DNA of 27,915 nt from a virus (lineage: Duplodnaviria; Caudoviricetes): positions 1-27,915 of the IMG/VR virus record IMGVR_UViG_3300032074_000024. One strand, written 5' to 3'. The position numbers and the translations under genes are program-made. Shown here piece by piece: positions 16,580 to 24,714 of the stretch. Numbering within the stretch: the first letter of the stretch is position 1; each line of letters opens with the position of its first letter. The notes under the pieces are model-generated. The model did no database searches. It was not told the origin of the DNA and saw nothing but the letters and a program-made list of their open reading frames with translations.

Positions 16580-16804
16580 CTAATAATTTTTGCGGTGTCC
16601 TATGTTGGACACAGCCACGCCAGCATCAGCCATGGCCCGCTTATACAGCTTCCAGAAGATGCGCCGCTTCTTATGCTTTCTGATGCGCACACCCTGCATA
16701 AAGGCATACGCCACAGGATCGAGAATCATCACCTGAGGGCGCGTCTGTGCCATCTCAGCCTGGATGCTGGCCATGATCTGCTCTGGCTCCAGATCATCCG
16801 TCAT
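16580..16804 (-). CDS. Hypothetical protein
   Basis: ATG at 16804 overlaps the upstream gene; basic RIRKHKKRRI stretch. Confidence 0.55.
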   Translation of the reverse strand: MTDDLEPEQIMASIQAEMAQTRPQVMILDPVAYAFMQGVRIRKHKKRRIFWKLYKRAMADAGVAVSNIGHRKNY

Positions 16805-17018
16805 GGGCTGCCCTCTTCTGGGCGCCGCGCACAGCTTTTTGCAAAGGGGCCACCAGGGTCTCAATCGCCATCAGCTGAGAGCCTGAAAAGTTGCGCGATT
16901 TGAGGACCTTGAGGGTGTTGAGGCAGATTTTTGCCGTGGCCCGCTCTTCGGCCTGTCCGTGCGTGGCAATGGCAATGGGGGTCTTGGGGTCCTGCTCCAG
17001 GTCAATGGTGATTTTCAT
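16794..17018 (-). CDS. Hypothetical protein
   Basis: MKITIDLEQ..., 74 aa, coupled to the next gene. Confidence 0.55.
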   Translation of the reverse strand: MKITIDLEQDPKTPIAIATHGQAEERATAKICLNTLKVLKSRNFSGSQLMAIETLVAPLQKAVRGAQKRAAHDG

Positions 17019-17098
17019 GCGCTTGGACCTAACAGAGGGCAAACAGCCAGGTCAATGCAAAATGACGCATTACGGCGCGCAAAGCCCCATTGGGCCTC

Positions 17099-18289
17099 TT
17101 AGGCAAAATCCAGCACAATATGCCGGTCCCGCGTCACCTGGGTGGCTTCGGCCTCCTCTTGGGACAAGACAGCCCCAGACTGGGGGCTGCTGAAGAAATT
17201 CTGATAGAAGCGCACAATGGCCTCACGTCGATGATTGGGCCCATGCCAGGTGGGCAGGACGTATTGGCTCTTATTGGGGGATGTCCCCAGGATGGAGGGA
17301 GGGGCCAAGCTCACAGCTCTGAGCCTGCTCCCAGCCCGGACACCAGATGGCTCAGCCTGCATGAAGACAGGACCATTATTGCCATGGACATAATTGACGA
17401 AGAAGAAGCTGAAGGCCTTATAGGCATCGAAAGCCACATGGGCGCGTGTGGCTGGCGTGTTGATGTCATCGGTGATGCGCTGGATGAAGCCTGCCCACGC
17501 TCGAGGCATCTCAATAATCTGGGTGTGATTGGCCGCCACAGTGATGGGGAAGGTGTCATCGGTGCCAGTGGGCCCTGCCCTGTCTGTGATGATGGCAAAC
17601 TTTTGAGGGGCAGCTCCCCTCCAGAAGATGGCCAAGGCCGCCTGGCTGGGCATCACATGGTGCAACAGCGGGGGAAGCAAGTCATCCTCAGGCAAGACCA
17701 GTGGCCGATGGGCCACGCCTGGCGGGGTGCTCTCCTGGCCGCCGATGAGCAGATCCAAAGAGGGCTTGCGCATCTTCTCTGAGGGCTGAGCCGCGGGGGG
17801 AGGATAGCTGGGGATCAGAGGCCACTGGCCCAGCCCGCCAGGAGATGGGGTGAAGGTGGGGGACGTCTTGGAGGAGGAGGAAGAGCTCCCCTGAGATTCT
17901 GGCTCCACATCCTCAGGCACATCCAAATCAAAGGGGTCCTCCCCCAGGTTATCCTCCATCATCTTGGCCCCAATAAGCGCCGCGGCTGGTGGCTCAGGCC
18001 TTCTGGGTGGCTCCTGGGGCAGCCCAGGGGAGGGGATGGGAGACAGGGGCACGCCCGTTCTGGTGCGCCGCTCACTTTCGGCCACCAACAGCGCCTTGGC
18101 CGCGTCCTGGGCCAGCTTGCTGCCCCTGGGCGCCAGCGCAATGGTGCGCATCAGATGCTCCATGGTGGGCGTGGGCACGTTGGGGGCGCTCTGGGTGCTT
18201 ATGGCGCTGTGGCTGGAGTGATTGCTGGCCTGGCTCCGTGTCCTGTGATGGGTGCGCACCTGGGGGGGATAGCTGGTGAAATCAGGCAT
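17099..18289 (-). CDS. Protein with disordered Pro/Ser-rich N-terminus and globular C-terminal beta domain (effector-like)
   Basis: ATG at 18289 overlaps the stop of the upstream gene; 396 aa. Confidence 0.7.
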   Translation of the reverse strand: MPDFTSYPPQVRTHHRTRSQASNHSSHSAISTQSAPNVPTPTMEHLMRTIALAPRGSKLAQDAAKALLVAESERRTRTGVPLSPIPSPGLPQEPPRRPEPPAAALIGAKMMEDNLGEDPFDLDVPEDVEPESQGSSSSSSKTSPTFTPSPGGLGQWPLIPSYPPPAAQPSEKMRKPSLDLLIGGQESTPPGVAHRPLVLPEDDLLPPLLHHVMPSQAALAIFWRGAAPQKFAIITDRAGPTGTDDTFPITVAANHTQIIEMPRAWAGFIQRITDDINTPATRAHVAFDAYKAFSFFFVNYVHGNNGPVFMQAEPSGVRAGSRLRAVSLAPPSILGTSPNKSQYVLPTWHGPNHRREAIVRFYQNFFSSPQSGAVLSQEEAEATQVTRDRHIVLDFA

Positions 18290-19088
18290 GGGTGGATGAG
18301 TCCTGAGAGGGGGGAGCTGTGCGCATCTTGAAGCCCTCGAGCAAAAATTCTGGCGGCTGGCGGGCTGCCAAGGGTCCCCAGGGCTGAGGCAGCGGGCCTG
18401 GCGCGATGGGGGACAGGCCGGATCTGACCAACAGCCGATTGAGATGGCCCAGCTGGTGCACAGCCAGAATGTCTGCATAGGGCGCGGCAAAGGCTTCAGC
18501 GCCGCACACCAGCATGTTGATGTAACTGGCGATGTCACTGGCCGCGCCCAGCTCCTGGCCGTCCCCAAGGTAGCAGGCCGCAAGCCCTGAGGGCGCTACC
18601 ACCCATGGCAAGGTCAACAGGTGGACAATGGCCCGGCCATAGACCGATTGGGCCAAAGGCTTCACCCTCAGCTCCGTCTGCAGCCTTCGCCTTTCGGTAG
18701 CGTCTGTCATCACGCGAAAGACAGGCGGCGCATCGCGGGGCAGATCCAGATCCCTAATCTCCTGGCTGGCCGCCGAGGGCGTGGCCCAGGAGGGCTGGTG
18801 AGAGTGGCCTGAGAAGGACGGATTGTGCACAGGGGGCTGCATCCTGAAGACGGGGCTTTGTGGCTCCTGGGGCAGCGGCTGGGAGGCCACGCTCCTGGGG
18901 CTGGTGGCGCCCAAGGATGTCCCCAGCCGGTCTTGGCTGGGCATCCTGGGGATTGTCCTGGGCACAGGGGGCAAAGGCTCACTGGGGGGATTGGTGGGGC
19001 TGGTGGCATCACTTTTGCGCCGGGTCAAAGTGTGGCCACCCAAGCGCAAGGGCTTGGTGAAGAGGCTGGTGTTGGAAGCTTTCTGCAT
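18282..19088 (-). CDS. Protein with disordered Pro/Ser-rich N-terminus and helical C-terminus (effector-like)
   Basis: Starts 5 nt after the portal stop, with AAGGA upstream; 268 aa. Confidence 0.7.
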   Translation of the reverse strand: MQKASNTSLFTKPLRLGGHTLTRRKSDATSPTNPPSEPLPPVPRTIPRMPSQDRLGTSLGATSPRSVASQPLPQEPQSPVFRMQPPVHNPSFSGHSHQPSWATPSAASQEIRDLDLPRDAPPVFRVMTDATERRRLQTELRVKPLAQSVYGRAIVHLLTLPWVVAPSGLAACYLGDGQELGAASDIASYINMLVCGAEAFAAPYADILAVHQLGHLNRLLVRSGLSPIAPGPLPQPWGPLAARQPPEFLLEGFKMRTAPPSQDSSTHA

Positions 19089-19093
19089 GGCGC

Positions 19094-20656
19094 TTAGGTG
19101 ATGTCTTTATTGGTCATGGGGTGGGTGTTCACAGGGCGCGCATTGGTGACAGGCCCCGCGAAGGGATCCTGCCCCGTCTTGAGGGCCTCGGCCTCCTCAT
19201 CACTGTGGATCTCTCTTAAGACCTCACTGGCATCGGTGGGCTGAGGCTGGACATCTGGGGTGTCCACCAGATCCACAGCACGCTCAGGCCAGCCCGCCAC
19301 ACGCCGAATGTGCGCGTCCAGCTCGTCATCAGGGAAGAGCTCCATGCCAGCCTGGGCACACTTGGTGAGCAGGTCCCCCATCTCTGTCAGGTCCACACGC
19401 TCGAGGCTGCCAAATTCGATCCTTGGAAAATCCGACATCTCCAAAGTGTTGAGCCGCATCAGCTTGCGCACGGCCGTCTTATTGAAGGTGTCGATGAAGA
19501 TGCGAAGGTAGGAGGCAATGGATTGCAGAAAGAGCTTGCTCTTATCAGAATGCATGGCCCAGCTGCCCTGAGCTGTGGCTCCCTGCCCCAGAAGCAAGAA
19601 ATCGGCCATGACGCTCATGGCAATTCTTTGATCATAGCGGGTCACAATACGGTCCAGGTCAAAGGCGCGTGGGCCACCTGATTGCAGCAAGGTGATGTCA
19701 AAGCGCTTATGGCCAGCTTCGTCATAGTCCAGAGGCATCACCAGGCCCTCATGGGCATCACGCCGCACCTCGGTGGCCATCTTGCGGTACATCGCCACCA
19801 TGGCCTGGGCTTGCTGCACCATCTTATTGGGATCGCCGTTGGGGTAGACGGGGCTTTCTTGGGCTAGGGCAAGCAGCTCTCTTGGCACCCACACAATGGG
19901 CAAGCCGCTAATATCCTTCTCGACACCTGAGGCCTCCAGATTCTCCAGGCCACGCTTGATCACCCACGATCTATAGGCCGATCTGAAGACGGACCTTCCT
20001 TCAGGATTGTCCTTCTCCATGGTGGTACGGAAGAGCAAACACTTGTCGATGGGCAAGTGGACAATGCGATAGTGAGGGGGAGCTTGCTGCTCTGCTCCTA
20101 GCAGGCGGCCACAGTCATCAAAAATCCACCGATAGATGGTGTCCTGAGAGCGCCCAGGCAGCCCGCGCCAGCCGACACGGCCATCAGCATAGTGGCTTCT
20201 AAGATAAGACTCTTCGGCATCCCCTGCCCGGCGCTTATAGCAGATCTCATGGAGGCTGAAGCCAAATCTGAGCATCCCCAGAAAGGCCTCACTGATGAAA
20301 TCTGTCCAGCTCTCCTCCATGTCATGCATGGCCGATTCAAGAAAGTCTGCAGCCTCACGGTCAAAGGGTGCTGTGCTGGCAGGAGCCACAGTCCAGCTCA
20401 CCTGGCGCAAAATCTGGGTTAGGGCATACAAAATTACGCCACAGGTAGCGTCATTATCTCCCATATCCTTATAGATTTCGACAGCACGGCGCCCAGAGAG
20501 ATCACGGAGGCTGCTCTCCTCTATGAAGCCAGAGAATTGCTTGAGGCCTGTGGCACCAATGGTGCGAAGGTCAACGTAATTCCGATTGACCATTTCTTGA
20601 TTCTGCCAGGCCTGCAAAGATTGCGAGCCACTGATTACGCCTGATTGATCCGCCAC
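19094..20656 (-). CDS. Phage portal protein (DUF935/Mu gp29-like)
   Basis: FGFSLHEICYK, NPEGRSVFRSAYRSW, GVEKDISGLP and RYDQRIA..VMADFLLLG motifs; 520 aa; downstream of TerL. Confidence 0.9.
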   Translation of the reverse strand: MADQSGVISGSQSLQAWQNQEMVNRNYVDLRTIGATGLKQFSGFIEESSLRDLSGRRAVEIYKDMGDNDATCGVILYALTQILRQVSWTVAPASTAPFDREAADFLESAMHDMEESWTDFISEAFLGMLRFGFSLHEICYKRRAGDAEESYLRSHYADGRVGWRGLPGRSQDTIYRWIFDDCGRLLGAEQQAPPHYRIVHLPIDKCLLFRTTMEKDNPEGRSVFRSAYRSWVIKRGLENLEASGVEKDISGLPIVWVPRELLALAQESPVYPNGDPNKMVQQAQAMVAMYRKMATEVRRDAHEGLVMPLDYDEAGHKRFDITLLQSGGPRAFDLDRIVTRYDQRIAMSVMADFLLLGQGATAQGSWAMHSDKSKLFLQSIASYLRIFIDTFNKTAVRKLMRLNTLEMSDFPRIEFGSLERVDLTEMGDLLTKCAQAGMELFPDDELDAHIRRVAGWPERAVDLVDTPDVQPQPTDASEVLREIHSDEEAEALKTGQDPFAGPVTNARPVNTHPMTNKDIT

Positions 20657-20735
20657 GGTGCCCCCAAAGCTTTCAAGATTCTGCCACAGCCTATGCCAAT
20701 GCTGGCCTGGGGGCTAGAATGGAGGATTAGGGACA

Positions 20736-20764
20736 AGAGGGCAAACAGGCCAGGGCAAGAAATA
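20736..20764 (-). promoter_or_regulatory. Composite intergenic motif upstream of the portal gene
   Basis: 20751-20764 is identical to 174-187; 20736-20748 (AGAGGGCAAACAG) is identical to 17034-17046. Confidence 0.5.
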
Positions 20765-20771
20765 TCAGCCG

Positions 20772-21740
20772 CTAAGCCACATCTGAATCTGGCTCGACAG
20801 ATTGGAGCTCGAGCTGGGCCAACAGGGTGCTGAAGGCGTGAGCTGCTACTTGGGGCACAACGGCATTGCCAAGGGCCCTAAGGCGGTCCACCCTGTGGGG
20901 TAGCCCATTAGATATGACTCTACCCACATCGGATTGAGCAGCCCACTCTGGATCGTGCCACTGGCCGCATTGGGCCCAGAGCTGCTTACGGCCTCGGTCG
21001 CAAGGGGCGTGGGCCACATCGCCACCTCGTCGTTTAGATTGCGCCCTCCGTGCCTGGTCCCGTATCGGCCCACTCTGGCAGGATTGCCCTTCTGGGCATC
21101 GTGCGCCTGAGGCGTGGGCCACATTGCTTGTCTGGCCACTCTCACATGCAACAGGTCCTTGCTCTGGTGGCGGCCCAGCTCCCAGCCTGTGGCCTGAGCG
21201 TGTTTGCCATCTTGAGCCCGCGGCGTGGGCAAGAAAGTAGAGCCGCTGGCGAATGTGAGGTGCGCCGATTTCAGCCGCGCTGAAGATGCCTGCCTCAATG
21301 CGGTAGCCCAGGCTCGATAGGTCTTGGCAGACTTGCTCAAATCCCAAGGTAAGGTGGCCGGGCACGTTCTCACAGAAAACAAAGGCAGGCTCAATTGCTT
21401 GGATATGTCGCAAGATTTGTGGCCACAGGTGGCGCTCATCTTGCTCCCCTTGCCGCCTGCCTGAGAGGGAGAAGGGCTGGCACGGATAGCCTGCAGTGAT
21501 GAGATCCACGCTGCCACGCCACGGCGCGCTATCGAAGGTGTGCACATCAGACCAGATAGGCGCATCGTCAAGATGCCCGTCTTCACAGCGCGCCTGTAGG
21601 ACGCGGGCACAATAGGCTTCCCTCTCAATGTAACAGACAGTCCTGGCGGCATCTCCAAGGGCAAGCTTGAGGCCGATATCGAGGCCTCCAATTCCGGCGC
21701 ACATGCTGATGACGTTAAGCGGCTGGGCAAATATAGCCAT
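20772..21740 (-). CDS. DNA (cytosine-5)-methyltransferase, large chain (motifs I-VIII and X)
   Basis: SMCAGIGG, AGYPCQPFS, ENVPG, GAPHIRQRLY and RLRALGNAVVP; motif IX is absent from this frame. Confidence 0.93.
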   Translation of the reverse strand: MAIFAQPLNVISMCAGIGGLDIGLKLALGDAARTVCYIEREAYCARVLQARCEDGHLDDAPIWSDVHTFDSAPWRGSVDLITAGYPCQPFSLSGRRQGEQDERHLWPQILRHIQAIEPAFVFCENVPGHLTLGFEQVCQDLSSLGYRIEAGIFSAAEIGAPHIRQRLYFLAHAAGSRWQTRSGHRLGAGPPPEQGPVACESGQTSNVAHASGARCPEGQSCQSGPIRDQARRAQSKRRGGDVAHAPCDRGRKQLWAQCGQWHDPEWAAQSDVGRVISNGLPHRVDRLRALGNAVVPQVAAHAFSTLLAQLELQSVEPDSDVA

Positions 21741-21745
21741 GACAA
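20846..21745 (-). CDS. Overlapping-frame partner chain of the C5 methyltransferase (target-recognition-like repeats plus motif IX)
   Basis: 299 open codons; three [FW/L]PTPxAx[DE] repeats; LNPMWVESYLMGYPTGWT; GAGGAG 8 nt before the TTG. Confidence 0.8.
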   Translation of the reverse strand: MSWLYLPSRLTSSACAPELEASISASSLPLEMPPGLSVTLRGKPIVPASYRRAVKTGILTMRLSGLMCTPSIARRGVAAWISSLQAIRASPSPSQAGGKGSKMSATCGHKSCDISKQLSLPLFSVRTCPATLPWDLSKSAKTYRAWATALRQASSARLKSAHLTFASGSTFLPTPRAQDGKHAQATGWELGRHQSKDLLHVRVARQAMWPTPQAHDAQKGNPARVGRYGTRHGGRNLNDEVAMWPTPLATEAVSSSGPNAASGTIQSGLLNPMWVESYLMGYPTGWTALGPLAMPLCPK

Positions 21746-21806
21746 GTGATTGGCTCCTCAGGGTCCATGGTGCGCCTGTGTGGCTGCTCTGTGATAAGGT
21801 CAACAG

Positions 21807-22034
21807 ATGGAGCCATTCAATAGCCCCAAGCGCCCTGAGGCCGATGTGAGGCTCAGGCGCGCCAGGATGCTCGAGGCCCTAGCAGAGCTCAATGAGCTGT
21901 ATGACTTGAGGCAGCCAGGCCATGCCCAGGCCCTGCTCGAGCTGGTGCGCTGCTTTGCCCAGCCTTCAAAAGCGGCTGGTCACACCATCGGCCAGGTGGC
22001 TTCTGCTCCCTGTGGCAAAGCCCATCCCCACTAG
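21807..22034 (+). CDS. Possible small helical protein
   Basis: 75 aa filling the TerL-MTase gap on the opposite strand; overlaps the TerL 3' end. Confidence 0.35.
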   Translation: MEPFNSPKRPEADVRLRRARMLEALAELNELYDLRQPGHAQALLELVRCFAQPSKAAGHTIGQVASAPCGKAHPH

Positions 22035-23576
22035 AGGGTCCAGGTTTCTTCGGCCCATATAGGCCAAAGCCTGGCTCATCGCATCCACCTGATCATCAAA
22101 GGCTCCGTTGGGGAAGGCTGCCACCTCATGGGTGAAATCCGTAATCCAGGGCGCCACCTCAGGCTTGGGCAAAAAGACGTTGCCTGCCTCGATGATGGGG
22201 CTGATGGCATCCACCCTCAGCTCCTTGGAGCCAGTGGGCTTGATGGGGATGATGCCTGGGATGCTACGCTTGAGGGTGTCGATCAGAGCCGCGCCGTTGG
22301 CCGCCTTCTCCACCAGCTTGGCCGTGACCATGGGGTATTTGTGGCACAGCCGCTCCATGGTCTTGATCTGATCGGTGAAGGTCATGCGCTTGCGTACGCT
22401 ATCGACCAGGTAGCGCTCAGCCCCCCTGGCGGCCCACACCTGAAAGACGCTGAAATCCCCCCGGTCTTCAAATGACAGATCGGCTGAGATCACCCATTGC
22501 CCTAGAGCCTCTGGTAGATTGCCAACCCATTGCCACCATCCATCAGAAATGATCCCCCCCCCGCGGGGTGAAGGCCTTTGCTGATACAGAGATTCCCACT
22601 CATAGGTGCCCACCGATGCCTTGATGGACATCATGCGCTCTTGATTGAATTTGTTAGGCCACAGGGCCTCTCCGTGCTTGCGCGGATCGGCCGGGCCAGG
22701 CTCTGTGTCCAGAATGGCTGGGAAGACCAGGCAAAACCACTGATCGGCCTGAGGGTCCCCCTGGGCCTGGGCCAGGGTCTTCCCTGAAATATCGGCCTCA
22801 TGCCACCTGGTGTTGATGATGATCTTGCTGGCCAGCTTCTCCAGGCGCGTGTAGAGCGTCGATGTGTACCAGTCCCAATTACGCTCCCTGATAATAGCGC
22901 TCTCTGCCTCAGCTCGATTCTTAGTGAGATCATCGAGCAAAGCCAGATTGCTCCCCATCCCAGTTAACGGGCCAGACACGCCTGCAGACTTATAGCAGCC
23001 CTTATGGCCGACAATCTCAAAGATATCACTGTTGCGAAGCCAGGTGCCCTGGGCCACGGAGCGCACGTTACTGGACCAGAGCCTGGTCTTGGGGAAGATC
23101 TCCCTATAGACATCGGTGTCCATGACGCGCTGGACGTCTCTGTTATTGCGGCTGGAGAGTTCAGCCCCATAGCTCGAGCCGACAATCTGGGCCTCAGGGT
23201 CAAGGCCCAGCCACCAGGCAGGAGCGCGGCGGCTGATGATCTCAGTCTTGCCTGCTCTGGGGTGGACCATCACCTGCAGCCCTGTGATGGGCTTGTCGAT
23301 GATCTCAGGCCTGGTGCAGCCAGCATAGAGCTTGGTGACGGGGTGGGGATTGCTGAGCAGCTGCTCTAAGCGCTTGCCCTTGATGCCCCAGGTGGCCAGC
23401 AATTCCCTGGGTGTTCTTCTGGCCTTGAGATAATTGACGGCGCGGCAAATGGCCCTGTGATGCCAATTGATCTCAAAATCAGGCTTGGTGGCCAGGGTGA
23501 AGGCCAACAGCCCCTTGCGTGCGCGCTCGAGCTGCAGCTCCTTCTCGAGCTGATAGCGCTCCTCGGCAGCGTGCAC
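21966..23576 (-). CDS. terL: Terminase large subunit
   Basis: Walker A HPRAGKT, Walker B LALLDD, NTRWH..D, YQQRP, VEKAANG and DDQVDA; GTG start with GGAGG. Confidence 0.95.
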   Translation of the reverse strand: MHAAEERYQLEKELQLERARKGLLAFTLATKPDFEINWHHRAICRAVNYLKARRTPRELLATWGIKGKRLEQLLSNPHPVTKLYAGCTRPEIIDKPITGLQVMVHPRAGKTEIISRRAPAWWLGLDPEAQIVGSSYGAELSSRNNRDVQRVMDTDVYREIFPKTRLWSSNVRSVAQGTWLRNSDIFEIVGHKGCYKSAGVSGPLTGMGSNLALLDDLTKNRAEAESAIIRERNWDWYTSTLYTRLEKLASKIIINTRWHEADISGKTLAQAQGDPQADQWFCLVFPAILDTEPGPADPRKHGEALWPNKFNQERMMSIKASVGTYEWESLYQQRPSPRGGGIISDGWWQWVGNLPEALGQWVISADLSFEDRGDFSVFQVWAARGAERYLVDSVRKRMTFTDQIKTMERLCHKYPMVTAKLVEKAANGAALIDTLKRSIPGIIPIKPTGSKELRVDAISPIIEAGNVFLPKPEVAPWITDFTHEVAAFPNGAFDDQVDAMSQALAYMGRRNLDPLVGMGFATGSRSHLADGVTSRF

Positions 23577-23594
23577 GTCCCTCCTCCTGCCTTC

Positions 23595-23864
23595 TTAGGC
23601 CTGTGCGCTTTCAAGCTTCTTGCGCAAGTCATTGCGCTCCAGGGTCACCTCGGCAAGCGCATCCTTGAGCCTTTGACACTCGATCCTGTAATAAGAATCA
23701 TCCTTGCGGCCAAGCAGATACTCTTCGTCATACTTGCGCAAACACCTGTAGAGCGTGCTTCTGGTGATGTCATACTTGAGGCAACAGCGCGCAATCGTCT
23801 GGCCTGCCCGATAGTCCTCCACCAGGGATTTGATCTGGGCCTTGGTGAGCTGGTGCTTCCTCAA
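23595..23864 (-). CDS. IS3-family OrfA-like HTH/leucine-zipper protein, stand-alone
   Basis: TKAQI...AGQTIARCCLKYDITRSTLYR..RKY...E..RLKDALAEVTLE...LRK; TTG start overlaps the ssb stop. Confidence 0.7.
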   Translation of the reverse strand: MRKHQLTKAQIKSLVEDYRAGQTIARCCLKYDITRSTLYRCLRKYDEEYLLGRKDDSYYRIECQRLKDALAEVTLERNDLRKKLESAQA

Positions 23865-24310
23865 AAGGGCACGTCCTGTTGCACCTCATCATAGCCCATC
23901 GCCTTGTCCTCATAGGGAGCTGAAGCCTTGGCCTGGGTGCTGTAGCCCATCTCAGCCATGCTGCTATCGGCCTGGGGCTTGCTGCCCAGGAAGCGCACGT
24001 CTCGAGCTTTGATTTCGGTGATGTAGCGGTCTATGCCCTGGGTGTCCTGGAATTTGCGCGTCTCGATTTCGCCTTCCACATAAGCCAGAGCGCCTTTGCG
24101 CAAATACTGGCCACAGGATTCAGCCTGCTTGCCCCAGATGACAATCCTGTGCCACTCCGTGCGCGCCTGGCTGTTGCCGTCCTTGTCCTTCCAGGTCTTG
24201 CTGGTGGCCAGCCTGAAGCTGCACATGGGATTGCCAGATGTCATAAACTTGATCTCAGGATCTGCCCCAAGATGCCCAATAAGGATGACGCGATTGACGG
24301 TACCACTCAT
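23861..24310 (-). CDS. ssb: Single-stranded DNA-binding protein
   Basis: VNRVILIGHLGADPE, TEWHRIV, YLRKG..YVEG; acidic tail ending DVPF; ATGA overlap at 24307-24310. Confidence 0.97.
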   Translation of the reverse strand: MSGTVNRVILIGHLGADPEIKFMTSGNPMCSFRLATSKTWKDKDGNSQARTEWHRIVIWGKQAESCGQYLRKGALAYVEGEIETRKFQDTQGIDRYITEIKARDVRFLGSKPQADSSMAEMGYSTQAKASAPYEDKAMGYDEVQQDVPF

Positions 24311-24657
24311 AAGCTTAGATCCTCTTCTGGCTGAGATTGTTTGCTCGATACGCTCTTGGGCTTGGTGATGTGGGCAGGCAAGCCCCCCTGCTTGTCCAGG
24401 CAGCTCTTGAGCACGCTCAACACCTGCTCGATGTCGATGGGCACCTGCAGGCGGCTCAGCTTCCACAGCATCTGGCACAGGACCTGGGCTGTGTAGGCCT
24501 CTTTATTGCCACTGTTGATCACGTTGAAGCAGACACCACGCTGCACCATGTCAAGCAGCTGGTCTGTTGTGACATAGCTTCTGGTGTCTGAATCATAGAG
24601 CTTGCGGTTGGCGTACCTCACAAAGGTCTTGTTTTTGGGGGCAGGGGTAGATTGCAT
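24307..24657 (-). CDS. PhaR-type (PHB/PHA accumulation regulator) DNA-binding domain protein
   Basis: RYANRKLYDSDTRSYVT..QL..MV..G..F.VI....E..T..VL.Q matches the PHB_acc_N pattern. Confidence 0.85.
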   Translation of the reverse strand: MQSTPAPKNKTFVRYANRKLYDSDTRSYVTTDQLLDMVQRGVCFNVINSGNKEAYTAQVLCQMLWKLSRLQVPIDIEQVLSVLKSCLDKQGGLPAHITKPKSVSSKQSQPEEDLSL

Positions 24658-24714
24658 GGGCAGGACAATAATGCAGCTGCTAAGGCGAAATCAAGGCCCA
24701 GCTCTGCTCTATTC

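Noticed and set aside
18290-18583. Upstream extension of the 17099 ORF to 494 aa
   Set aside because: It lies inside the 18282-19088 gene; the ATG at 18289 gives a coupled start
20846-21000. Methyltransferase as a frameshifted pseudogene or sequencing error
   Set aside because: Both frames are fully open, and a single chain would need two compensating shifts (A to B, then B to A)
24311-24478. N-terminal extension of SSB in the ORF track
   Set aside because: It overlaps the PhaR-like gene; the ATGA junction at 24307-24310 gives a canonical SSB start
24673-24680. GCAGCTGC palindrome upstream of the PhaR-like gene as an autoregulatory site
   Set aside because: The same 8-mer occurs in coding regions (e.g. 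about 12002 and 27548), so it is not distinctive
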